DNA from: Halarcobacter sp. | GTDB taxonomy: Bacteria > Campylobacterota > Campylobacteria > Campylobacterales > Arcobacteraceae | Reading direction: 5' to 3' | DNA length: 64,000 nt | NCBI GenBank assembly: GCA_963676565.1 | Contig: OY781089.1 | Span: 2,112,001 to 2,176,000 of the forward strand | In this document: in pieces, positions 19,613-29,014 of the stretch | Numbering within the stretch: position 1 is the stretch's first letter | Layout: each line of letters begins with the position of its first letter | Position numbers and translations under genes: made by a program | The notes under the pieces: model-generated | Seen by the model: the letters and a program-made list of their open reading frames with translations, nothing else | What the model was told of the DNA's origin: nothing | Databases searched by the model: none

Positions 19613-20362
19613 ATGGTCGATTATATAATGCTTGAAAAGTACGCAAAAAATAAAAGTGTTCTTTTAGTTGAAGATGATGATAACATCATAAAAGAGACTA
19701 AAGAGTTACTTGAACTTATTTTTTCAAATGTTATAGTTGCAAAAGATGGTGATGAGGGTATTAAAAAATATCTAAATTACAAAAAAGAGAATGATAAATA
19801 TATCGATTTAGTAATTACAGACATTCAAATGCCAAAAATGGATGGTATTGAACTTACTAAACTAATCTACAAAGAGAATAATGAACAACTCTTAATAGTA
19901 TTATCTGCCCACAGTGAAAGCCATTATTTACTTGAATTAGTTAATATAGGAATCTCACATTTTATAACAAAACCATTAAATTATGATTCTTTTGTACATG
20001 TTTTATATACAAAACTTAAAGAAGTACATGATAATAAAAATGAAGAGCTTAATACCTCAATAGTTGTAATTGATGAAGAATTAAAATGGGATAAAGAGTT
20101 AAAACAAATATATCAAAATGATCAGATTGTTAAACTTACTAAAAAAGAAACTAAACTTTTAGAGTTGCTTTTAAAATATGCAGAGAAGACACTAAGTGTT
20201 GAAGGTATATTAAATTACTTATGGTCAGATGATGATAATAATGCCCCTGATATTGCTAATCTAAAAAATATTATTTCAAGATTAAGAAAGAAAATACCAA
20301 CTATAGATATTGAAAATGTTTATGGTTTTGGCTACAGAGTTAACTTAAAATACACAAAATGA
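19613..20362 (+). CDS. OmpR-family response regulator
   Basis: REC (VEDD, TDIQMP, KP) plus winged helix (ISRLRKK, VYGFGY). ATG 19613 follows GGAG; ORF track start is 19601. Confidence 0.9.
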   Translation: MVDYIMLEKYAKNKSVLLVEDDDNIIKETKELLELIFSNVIVAKDGDEGIKKYLNYKKENDKYIDLVITDIQMPKMDGIELTKLIYKENNEQLLIVLSAHSESHYLLELVNIGISHFITKPLNYDSFVHVLYTKLKEVHDNKNEELNTSIVVIDEELKWDKELKQIYQNDQIVKLTKKETKLLELLLKYAEKTLSVEGILNYLWSDDDNNAPDIANLKNIISRLRKKIPTIDIENVYGFGYRVNLKYTK

Positions 20363-20416
20363 TACCTTTTTAATACACTGTTTGTATATACTTACTGTAT
20401 GTGCAGGAGGTGCATT

Positions 20417-20800
20417 ATGACTCAATTAGAAAGTTTAAAAAAATATACTATACTTTATGTAGAGGATGAAACTTTTATTAGAAGTAATGTAGAGGGTTGC
20501 CTGAAATATTTTTTTAATGTAATAGTAGCAAAAGATGGGCAAGATGGATTAAAAAGATTTGTTAATGATAAGATTGATTTGATTATTACTGATATTAATA
20601 TGCCTAATAAAAATGGATTAGAGATGTTAAATGATATTAAATCAATCAATCCTTCAATTCCATGTATTGTAACATCTGCTTATGATATAAATAGTGTAAG
20701 TAAAGCAAAAAATTTAGGTGTTTGTCATTATATTACAAAACCTTTTGATATAAAAGATTTATTAAATGATTCATTGGAAATTTTGAAAAAGAACGTATAA
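20417..20800 (+). CDS. single-domain response regulator
   Basis: VEDE, TDINMP, TSA, KPF. ATG 20417 follows AGGAGG; ORF track start is 20399. Confidence 0.88.
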   Translation: MTQLESLKKYTILYVEDETFIRSNVEGCLKYFFNVIVAKDGQDGLKRFVNDKIDLIITDINMPNKNGLEMLNDIKSINPSIPCIVTSAYDINSVSKAKNLGVCHYITKPFDIKDLLNDSLEILKKNV

Positions 20801-20823
20801 AAAGGTTTTAAAGCCTTCTTATA

Positions 20824-21324
20824 CTAAGAATATTCATTTTTATAATCAACATAATGGCCAGCATGTTTTATTAATTTTTCAACATCTTCATCGCTTAATG
20901 TTTTTACAACCTTAGCGGGGCTTCCCATTATTAAACTTTTTGGTGGAAATATTTTTCCTGAGGTAACTAAAGAGTTAGCACCTACAATTGAACCTTCTCC
21001 AATTACAGCATGGTCTAATATTGTTGCACTCATTCCTATTAAACAATTGTTTTCAATGGTACAACCATGAAGCATAACTTTATGTCCAATAGTTACATTG
21101 TCACCTAAGACTGTTTTTGAATCTGTATCCATGTGAATCATTGATAAATCTTGAACATTTGTATTTTTACCAATAATAATCTCATTTACATCACCCCTTA
21201 AAACACATCCAAACCAAATTGATGAGTTTTCTCCAATAGAAACTTTTCCTATTACATCTGCACTAGGTGCGATCCATGCACTAGAATCTATTTTTGGATA
21301 ATGTTCTTTAAATTTTAATACCAT
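20824..21324 (-). CDS. gamma carbonic anhydrase family (hexapeptide repeat) protein
   Basis: LRGDVN, NVQD..MIH, TIGHKVMLHGC with three His zinc ligands. Confidence 0.9.
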   Translation of the reverse strand: MVLKFKEHYPKIDSSAWIAPSADVIGKVSIGENSSIWFGCVLRGDVNEIIIGKNTNVQDLSMIHMDTDSKTVLGDNVTIGHKVMLHGCTIENNCLIGMSATILDHAVIGEGSIVGANSLVTSGKIFPPKSLIMGSPAKVVKTLSDEDVEKLIKHAGHYVDYKNEYS

Positions 21325-21396
21325 CTATTCCCCTTATATTTAAAGGAAATATTATATCTTGGAGAGTTTAAAAATGCAAGAAGCAAAATAGTTTAA

Positions 21397-23985
21397 CTAT
21401 TTTGCCTCATATTTAATAATTACTGGTTCTGAGTAGTTTGGAACTTCATCATATGTAAAGATTGCATAATACTTATCAATATCTTTAGCCCCAAAATCAT
21501 CATATGTATAGTTATCAGTCCCTGCATAAAGTTTTTGTCCATCATGGGTAGAATAGGGTTCCCTAAATGCATTTTTAATAACTTTAGTCCCTTTAAATCC
21601 TACATCTTTAGGGTTTTCCCAGCTGATTTTGATTTTACCATTTTCCAAAGATAGTGAGGTATTAGTAACTTTTGGAAGAGGGTATCTTCTTTTTGGAATA
21701 TGTTCAATAATTAATTTTGGAGAAAGTGCTTGGTTTTTAATCTCCCACGTAACACTTTTATTCTTTATACTCTTTTTAGAAGAGGTTGGTTTTAAAACAA
21801 AAGCAACATCAGATTTATTTTTTAGTTTCTCATTTAAAATAATCTCTGCAAAACTATCAAATAAGAAATATTGAGTTTGATTATTCTTTAATTCATTTGC
21901 ACTTACATCATAACCAATATTTTGAATAATTTCTCTATTTGCTATTGAATCATAATCTTGGTCGATATTTTCATCCACAAATTCAAGGTGAAATCGAATA
22001 TCATCTTTTATATAAATATTTGTAGAATTTAGCTCAAAGTAAGCTTTTGTAATCATCGTATCTTCATGAGGAGGCATTGATGATAAATTAAACTCAAAGG
22101 TAGAGTATATTTTCTTACCATTTTCATCGAATCCTGATGAAATACCATCTTGAGTAATACAATCTTTACAAACTGTAAACACTTTTTTTGGATATAGTTC
22201 TGTAATTGTTGGTTTTATTGTATATGTTAATTCTAATCTTGGTCTATATGTTAAACCATAACCAAATTTTCCATACCCAATATCCCATTGCATCATTTGT
22301 CTAGTACGACCAATTATCAACTCTTTTGGACCTTCAACTCTGAATACAACTTTTCCATATTTTTGACCCATTTCTTGAAGAGTTTTACACTCCATTCTTG
22401 AAAAACTCCATGTTCTCCATATACCTTGAGTTAATTGGTGAGATTCTGTAGGTCTTCCAACATATTGAAGAATTTGCATATTATCAACATCTTCATATTT
22501 GGTAATATCACCCATAGTTTCTTGATCTACAATACCAACATTCCATTCACCGTATTTTTCAATAGTTGTTGAAACTCTATTAATTGGGTAAAGGTTTATT
22601 GAGGCATCTTTTATGATTGCATTTTCTGGAACAGAATTTAAACCAACAGTAACAATAGCATAAGAGATACCCTTATTTTCATCAATTCCTACAAATAAAG
22701 AGTTTACACCAAAATGTGAAGCATTGTTGTTTAGGTTTTCAGCAACATAACCTGTTTCTTTTGCTGTTGCATAATAGGTTCTACTAAACTCATCATAATC
22801 ACAATCTGTTCTAAGTCTTATTTGAGGGTAAAATGGTGATTTTTCACCTGTTAATTTATTTACAACCCTAATATTGTAGAAATAATCTTTATTTGAAGTT
22901 AAATTAATATCACTAAATTCTAAAGTTTGTGTTCTTGCAATTAAGTTTGAACTATTACAAAAGTGTTTATCTTTTTGGGCTCTATAAATCTCAAAGAATA
23001 TATTTTCATTTGTTTCATATTCCCATTTTAAATTTACATGATGTGATCCTATTTCTGTAATCTCAAAGCTATTAACCCTTTTTACTGAATTATTTTTTGA
23101 ATAGTTTGGAACTTCGTTTACCGCAGAAAGTAATGCAGGAATATGTTCCCGCAAATTTTCATTCATATCATCCATATAATCACTTATATTTCTAGTTCCA
23201 ACTTCCACAACAGTTGAGATGATTCCTAAAGAATGATAAAACTCTCTACCACTTCCTGAAATCAATTTAATAGGTGGTTTACCTTGATGGATACCATATT
23301 CTCTACCTGAAATTTTTCTAATCTCTTCAGCCATATTTGCACATAAAGTGTTCATATCAGTTGTATCAATTGTATCTTCATGTCTAAAGTCGTGTGCAGG
23401 GAAAAATACATTTCCTTGTGAGTGGTAGTCTAAAGCAATAGTAATATTCTTATGGGCTTCAACAAAATCTCTTAATGCTCTAGTCTCAGGTTCAGAAAAT
23501 GGTTCTGGACCACCATAAACATTAGATGTTGTTTTGGTTGATTTTACATATCCAATTGGAAAATTTCTGTTTAAATCAACACCATAAGAACCATCTATAT
23601 TTGGTCTTCTATTTTTTCTCCAAAAAGAGAAGTGATTATAAGAATAATCAAAGCCATCTGGATTTGCACAAGGGACCATATAAATAGTAGTTCCTTTTAA
23701 ATATGATTGTATAGTTGTATCTGTATCTAATTTTTCTAATATATATTGTGCAAATTCTACTGCTAATTCATGTCCAATCCATTCTCTAGCATGGATAGTA
23801 CCAGTAAAAAATAGTGCTGGTTGTTCATCTGCTTTTTTAATATCCATAGAGATAGTAATTAGATTAATATCTCTTTTTTCCCAAGTTTGACCTATTGATT
23901 CTAACTTGAAATTATTAGGAAATTTTTTTTCTAAATCTTTAAAAATTTCAGTCGATTCATTATATGATCGATAAAGTTGTTTCAA
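21397..23985 (-). CDS. M14 zinc carboxypeptidase with C-terminal FN3-like/beta-sandwich domains, no signal peptide
   Basis: GTIHAREW (HxxE), WRKNR, GVDLNRNF, FSEPET, LDYHSQG, VVEVG; FN3-like LKWEY...YFYNIRVVN. Confidence 0.88.
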   Translation of the reverse strand: MKQLYRSYNESTEIFKDLEKKFPNNFKLESIGQTWEKRDINLITISMDIKKADEQPALFFTGTIHAREWIGHELAVEFAQYILEKLDTDTTIQSYLKGTTIYMVPCANPDGFDYSYNHFSFWRKNRRPNIDGSYGVDLNRNFPIGYVKSTKTTSNVYGGPEPFSEPETRALRDFVEAHKNITIALDYHSQGNVFFPAHDFRHEDTIDTTDMNTLCANMAEEIRKISGREYGIHQGKPPIKLISGSGREFYHSLGIISTVVEVGTRNISDYMDDMNENLREHIPALLSAVNEVPNYSKNNSVKRVNSFEITEIGSHHVNLKWEYETNENIFFEIYRAQKDKHFCNSSNLIARTQTLEFSDINLTSNKDYFYNIRVVNKLTGEKSPFYPQIRLRTDCDYDEFSRTYYATAKETGYVAENLNNNASHFGVNSLFVGIDENKGISYAIVTVGLNSVPENAIIKDASINLYPINRVSTTIEKYGEWNVGIVDQETMGDITKYEDVDNMQILQYVGRPTESHQLTQGIWRTWSFSRMECKTLQEMGQKYGKVVFRVEGPKELIIGRTRQMMQWDIGYGKFGYGLTYRPRLELTYTIKPTITELYPKKVFTVCKDCITQDGISSGFDENGKKIYSTFEFNLSSMPPHEDTMITKAYFELNSTNIYIKDDIRFHLEFVDENIDQDYDSIANREIIQNIGYDVSANELKNNQTQYFLFDSFAEIILNEKLKNKSDVAFVLKPTSSKKSIKNKSVTWEIKNQALSPKLIIEHIPKRRYPLPKVTNTSLSLENGKIKISWENPKDVGFKGTKVIKNAFREPYSTHDGQKLYAGTDNYTYDDFGAKDIDKYYAIFTYDEVPNYSEPVIIKYEAK

Positions 23986-23988
23986 AAA

Positions 23989-25491
23989 TTACTCTCCTAT
24001 TTTAAGTCTAGATTTTAATTGAGCTAATTTATTTTTCCCAATACCTTCAAGCTCTTTTAATTGATCTAAATCTTTTAAACCTTCATTTTTATTTCTGAAT
24101 TCAAAAATATTTTTTGCAAGTTTAGCACCAATACCTTTTATTTTCTTTAATATTGATTCGTCAGCTGTATTTATGTCAACTCTCATATCATCTAAATTCT
24201 CATCCCAAGTTTTTAGAACTTGTTCATCTATAGATTCTAACTCTAATAAATCACTTGAATCAGTAATAACATTGTTTTTTGCATATTCACTAATCTCTAA
24301 AGCTAAATCCTCTTCCATTCCATGTAAAGTCATTAAATCAGTTAATGATGCACAATTTAAATTTAATTTATTAATCTCTAAATTATCCCTAACTGCATTT
24401 TTTGATAACTCTTTTGCAATAGGTAATTTTTCAAAAGCAATTGAAGCTGGCACATCACTTGGTAAACTAGGTTCAGCCATTTCCATTTTAAATTTATCTT
24501 TTGGCTCATTAATAAAATATGTTCCATCACAAGATGGTTTGTATTTACTAAAACCAATATGTCTCATTGTTCTTAATAGTGATGAGTCAATTTTTCCAAG
24601 CTCTTCCCATGAGAATAATGGAACATGAGGCATAGGAAATTTACCATTTGAAAAATCCCACATTAAATATTGACAAATCCAATCTCTAATATAAGGGAAC
24701 GCTGCAAATGCAGTTGCACATTCTAGTATATAGGCTTTATCTGTTTTTGCATCAATTGCAATATCGCAAGCCCAATATTCAGCTTTTGCTGCTTTACTAG
24801 CTTCTACTGCTAATTCTAAAGCATTCATAGGAACATTTTCATATGACATAGAACCACCTTGAGATGTGTTAGTAATCCATTGTCCTTCCCCTGAAAATCT
24901 CCAAAAGGCGCAAACAGGTTTATGTCCAATTAACATAACTCTAATATCTCCAGAAAATTTTAAATCAATAGCATCTTGTGTATAAATGGGGTTATATTTT
25001 TCTTTTTCTAATAAAGCTTTAGCTTCTTTAAAATTATCAACTTTATGAACATAATATCCACCATAATTTGATGGTCCATAACTTCTTTTTATAATTTGTG
25101 GATACTTAGCTTTATTTTTTAGGTATTTAAATCCCTTTTCTTTATTGTAAAAAATCTTTGTATATGGTGCTGATAGATTATACTTTTCACAAAAAAGTGT
25201 AACATTCTCTTTTGATTTATTTGGAAATTGGGTTTCTAAAGATGGAACAAATCTTACATTTGGTAGTTCTTTTGAAATCTCTACAAATGTATCATATGCT
25301 GTTGCAGGGATATTTCCTATAAGTACATCGATTTTTTTTCTTTTAACTTCTTTTATAAATCTATTTTTATCATTTTTCCAATGATATGTAACAGACTCAA
25401 TCTTGTCTGGCCAACCTTTAAAGTTTGATTTGTCAAAGAATCTCAAAACATAATCTAAATACAAAAAACCTAACTTTGGTAATTTTTTCAT
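23989..25491 (-). CDS. divergent RimK-like ATP-grasp protein fused to tandem ComEA-type helix-hairpin-helix domains
   Basis: IIKRSYG, GDIRV, WITNTSQGG, ACDIA, ILECA; C-terminal VDINTAD..L..IKGIG...LEGIG. Start moved to ATG 25491 after AGGA (ORF track TTG 25509). Confidence 0.8.
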   Translation of the reverse strand: MKKLPKLGFLYLDYVLRFFDKSNFKGWPDKIESVTYHWKNDKNRFIKEVKRKKIDVLIGNIPATAYDTFVEISKELPNVRFVPSLETQFPNKSKENVTLFCEKYNLSAPYTKIFYNKEKGFKYLKNKAKYPQIIKRSYGPSNYGGYYVHKVDNFKEAKALLEKEKYNPIYTQDAIDLKFSGDIRVMLIGHKPVCAFWRFSGEGQWITNTSQGGSMSYENVPMNALELAVEASKAAKAEYWACDIAIDAKTDKAYILECATAFAAFPYIRDWICQYLMWDFSNGKFPMPHVPLFSWEELGKIDSSLLRTMRHIGFSKYKPSCDGTYFINEPKDKFKMEMAEPSLPSDVPASIAFEKLPIAKELSKNAVRDNLEINKLNLNCASLTDLMTLHGMEEDLALEISEYAKNNVITDSSDLLELESIDEQVLKTWDENLDDMRVDINTADESILKKIKGIGAKLAKNIFEFRNKNEGLKDLDQLKELEGIGKNKLAQLKSRLKIGE

Positions 25492-25517
25492 TCCTAACTT
25501 CCTTCTCAATTTATTAA

Positions 25518-26432
25518 TTATTTTTTAGTTTTTCTATCAATTAAATCAACAATTAAGTCAATTTTTTTATCATTATAATCTATACCAATTTTTTCTTGCT
25601 CTGGAGTTAAAAATGCAGGTATCCCATTAACCTCTAAAACAATATACTCTTCTTTTTTTCTATCATAGATAATATCAACTCCAGCGATATCTAGTCCCGT
25701 AACTTTAGCGGCATTTAGTGCCAATTCGATTACACTTTCTGGAATCTCTCTTTTAAAAACACTTCCCCCACTAGTAACATTTGTTCTCCAATCTGTTCCA
25801 CTAGCACGTCTACCATATCCACCAACATAAACACCATCTACAATATCTATTCTAAAGTCACTATTGTCATAATCAATAAATTTCTCTACGTAAAAAAATC
25901 TTAAATCCATTTGATTTAAAAATGGCAATAACATATCAAGGGTTTCTTCATTTTCAATTTTAGTTAATCCAACTCCACCCCAACCATCAGTTGGTTTATA
26001 AACCATTTTATCCCATTTTTTAATTATTTTTTTTAGTTGACCAGTATCATCTCGATGACAAAGTTTATAATCTGCAGTTTGTATTTTGTTTCTTCTTAAA
26101 ACAAATGATGTATGAAATTTATCTTCAGTTAATTCAAAAGATTCAAAAGAGTTAATCATAGGAATAACTTTACTTAAGGCCTTATATAGATACATTTGAT
26201 ATTGAGTTTGTTCCCCTGCATTGTATGAAAAGAATAAATCCAATTTATCTAACTTAATATTTTTGCCATCTCTTTCATATAAAATGTGACCATTTTTTGC
26301 TATAGCATCCCTAAGGTTAATATTAGAAATAACCTCAATTCCTTTTTCATTTAATCGTTCAATAATCTTTTCTTGAATTATATCACCACCACCATTTTGG
26401 TATAACCACATACCAATTGTTCTTGCTCCCAT
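25518..26432 (-). CDS. RimK/LysX-family ATP-grasp amino-acid ligase
   Basis: EDKF, KPTDGWGGVG, DFR, WRTNVTSGG, AGVD, LEVNGIP. Confidence 0.9.
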   Translation of the reverse strand: MGARTIGMWLYQNGGGDIIQEKIIERLNEKGIEVISNINLRDAIAKNGHILYERDGKNIKLDKLDLFFSYNAGEQTQYQMYLYKALSKVIPMINSFESFELTEDKFHTSFVLRRNKIQTADYKLCHRDDTGQLKKIIKKWDKMVYKPTDGWGGVGLTKIENEETLDMLLPFLNQMDLRFFYVEKFIDYDNSDFRIDIVDGVYVGGYGRRASGTDWRTNVTSGGSVFKREIPESVIELALNAAKVTGLDIAGVDIIYDRKKEEYIVLEVNGIPAFLTPEQEKIGIDYNDKKIDLIVDLIDRKTKK

Positions 26433-26458
26433 AAGTTCTCCTAATTTATATATTCCTA

Positions 26459-27550
26459 CTATCTTTGTTGATAAAAACTTAAAATTTTTGTCATCATTTC
26501 GATTCGCTGTTCAAATGAACTTTTTAATGCTCTTTCTTTTTTTGTATGGTCACCGTCTCCAAAAGGACCAAAGCCATCAATTGTTGTTACTCCACAACTT
26601 GCAACAATATTGGCATCACTAACACCACCTCTTCTTTCTGTTTGAATTTTTTGATTAGTCAATTCTTCAAAAAATTTAATCAAATCTAACTGACTTTGGT
26701 TTTGCTCCATTACTCCTCTTTGGATTATACCCTCTGCGTGGGAAATGGTTCCTTCAACAAATGATTTATTAGTGATTTCTTCTACACTTTTCATAACTCT
26801 TTCTTGTTCACTAACTTTGTCAAATCGAAATTCCATATGCATCTCACAATGGGGCGATACAGTATTAATTCCAATACCACCTTCCATCTTGCCTACATTT
26901 ACAATAGTTCCTTCATCAAAGTTTATTAATTCATGAAATTTTTGAAGTTTAATAGCTCCTTCAAGATTTGCATTGATACCTTTTTTGTATGAAGTTCCTG
27001 CATGTGCAGCTTTTCCTTCAACTTTTATAATATATCTTCCAACACCTTTTCTTGCTGTAACTACTTCAAGCTCTTTGCCTGCTGCTTCAAATACAAAACA
27101 ATAATCATAATCCTTTGCAATTGATGCTGTAACTTCTTTTGAGTCATCACTTCCTGTCTCTTCGTCTGAAACCAATAAAAAATCAATATTGAAAATTTCT
27201 TTATTTTTCTTAAAAATGTTTCTAAGAGATTGTAAGGCTACAATATTACCACCTTTCATATCACATGCACCAGGACCATATATCCAATCTTCATCTTCAC
27301 TAAAACCTTCAAAATATCCCTTAGGAAAAACAGTATCGTTATGTCCTAATAAAAGTATTTTTTTCCCATCTTTTCTAGCAGATTGATATAGGATATGATC
27401 ACCAATTAATTCTCTTTTGAATATTTTTTTTGAAAAGCCAAGTTCTTCTAGCCATTTACTCATGTAACTACTAACTTCATCGACACCATGTTTGTTATGG
27501 GTGTATGAGTTAATATTAATGATTGTTTTTAAGTCTTTTAAGTAATTCAA
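26459..27550 (-). CDS. M20 metallopeptidase (glutamate carboxypeptidase G2-like)
   Basis: LLGHNDTV, GPGACDMKGG, SDEETGS, AAHAG, GGVSDAN, GDGDH. Confidence 0.88.
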   Translation of the reverse strand: MNYLKDLKTIININSYTHNKHGVDEVSSYMSKWLEELGFSKKIFKRELIGDHILYQSARKDGKKILLLGHNDTVFPKGYFEGFSEDEDWIYGPGACDMKGGNIVALQSLRNIFKKNKEIFNIDFLLVSDEETGSDDSKEVTASIAKDYDYCFVFEAAGKELEVVTARKGVGRYIIKVEGKAAHAGTSYKKGINANLEGAIKLQKFHELINFDEGTIVNVGKMEGGIGINTVSPHCEMHMEFRFDKVSEQERVMKSVEEITNKSFVEGTISHAEGIIQRGVMEQNQSQLDLIKFFEELTNQKIQTERRGGVSDANIVASCGVTTIDGFGPFGDGDHTKKERALKSSFEQRIEMMTKILSFYQQR

Positions 27551-27592
27551 GTTTACCCTTATTTTTTTAATAGGGCAGTCTCTAAAGTAAGA

Positions 27593-27622
27593 AAGCCAAG
27601 TAATTATATAACTACTTGACTT
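27593..27622 (-). terminator. hairpin downstream of argG (terminator-like; also contains a TATAAT)
   Basis: Minus strand aagtcaagtagtt-atat-aattacttggctt followed by T-rich sequence. Confidence 0.55.
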
Positions 27623-27673
27623 ATATGTGTAGTTTAAGCTGGTTACTTTGTAACCATTTTGTAAATAAAATAA

Positions 27674-28912
27674 CTATTTGTTCTGTGTTTGACCAGCTAT
27701 GATAAATCTTAACGCATTAAGTCTAATAAACCCTTCTGCATCTTTTTGATTATAAACTTCATCTTCTTCAAAAGTTGAGTGTGCTTCTGAGAATAAAGAT
27801 TTTTCAGATTCTCTACCAACAACTATTACATTACCTTTATAAAGTTTTAATTTAACTCTACCTTCTACATTCTCTTGAGTTTTATCAATTGCAGCTTGTA
27901 GCATCTCTCTTTCAGGTGAGAACCAATAACCTTGATAAATTAGTTTAGCATATCTTGGCATCATCTCATCTTTTAAGTGAGCTTCTTCTCTATCTAAAGT
28001 AATAGATTCAATTGCTCTGTGAGCTTTTAGCATGATAGTTCCACCTGGAGTTTCATAACATCCTCTAGCTTTCATACCAACATATCTATTTTCAACAATA
28101 TCAATTCTTCCAATACCATGTTTATTTCCATATTGGTTTAATGTTTCAAGAATAGTTGCAGGAGACATAGCTTCACCATTAATTGCAATAGGGTCACCAT
28201 TTTTATAATCAATTGTGATGTATTCTGGTTCATCAGGAGCATTTTCTGGAGAATTAGTCCATAACCACATTGCTTCTTCTGGTTCTGCATTTGGATTTTC
28301 TAATAATAAACCTTCATATGAAATATGTAAAAGGTTTGCATCCATTGAATATGGACTTACAACCGGGTTTCCATTTTCATCAATATGTTTTTTATCAATT
28401 TGTATACCATTTTTCTTTGCATAAGCAAGTAGTTTTTCCCTTGAATTTAAATCCCATTCTCTCCAAGGTGCAATAACAGTAATATCTGGATTTAATCCTA
28501 AATATCCTAACTCAAATCTAACTTGGTCATTACCTTTACCTGTTGCTCCATGTGATACAGCATCTGCACCCATTTTATTTGCAATTTCAATTTGTTTTTT
28601 AGCAATTAAAGGTCTTGCAATTGAAGTACCTAGTAAATATTCACCCTCATAAATTGCATTTGCTCTAAACATTGGGAATACATAATCTTTTACAAATTCT
28701 TCTTTAATATCTAAAATAAAAATATTTTCTGGTTTAATTCCACATGCAAGTGCTTTTTCTCTTGCTGGTTCTACCTCTTCCCCTTGACCTAAGTCAGCTG
28801 TAAAAGTGATAACTTCTGCATTATACTCATCTTGTAGCCATTTTAATATTGTAGATGTATCAAGCCCACCACTGTAAGCAAGTACAACTTTTTTAACTTC
28901 TTTTTTGCTCAT
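27674..28912 (-). CDS. argG: argininosuccinate synthase
   Basis: [40 protein letters not shown]. Confidence 0.97.
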   Translation of the reverse strand: MSKKEVKKVVLAYSGGLDTSTILKWLQDEYNAEVITFTADLGQGEEVEPAREKALACGIKPENIFILDIKEEFVKDYVFPMFRANAIYEGEYLLGTSIARPLIAKKQIEIANKMGADAVSHGATGKGNDQVRFELGYLGLNPDITVIAPWREWDLNSREKLLAYAKKNGIQIDKKHIDENGNPVVSPYSMDANLLHISYEGLLLENPNAEPEEAMWLWTNSPENAPDEPEYITIDYKNGDPIAINGEAMSPATILETLNQYGNKHGIGRIDIVENRYVGMKARGCYETPGGTIMLKAHRAIESITLDREEAHLKDEMMPRYAKLIYQGYWFSPEREMLQAAIDKTQENVEGRVKLKLYKGNVIVVGRESEKSLFSEAHSTFEEDEVYNQKDAEGFIRLNALRFIIAGQTQNK

Positions 28913-29014
28913 AATATATCCTATGAAATGGTTATTTTAAAGAACGCATTTTAACAAAAGAAAGCTATAAAATAGTTTATATAACTTTCTTCCTTTTATT
29001 ATGTTATTTTTTGT

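Noticed and set aside
23989..24375. Calling the HhH-containing gene comEA (competence)
   Set aside because: It has no signal peptide or membrane anchor, and the HhH units are the tail of an ATP-grasp protein in a peptidase operon.
12585..27550. Treating the glutamate mutase operon and the ATP-grasp/peptidase operon as one biosynthetic cluster
   Set aside because: They are separated by about 4 kb of unrelated signalling genes and a gamma-CA gene in mixed orientation. A link would need co-occurrence data that I cannot compute.
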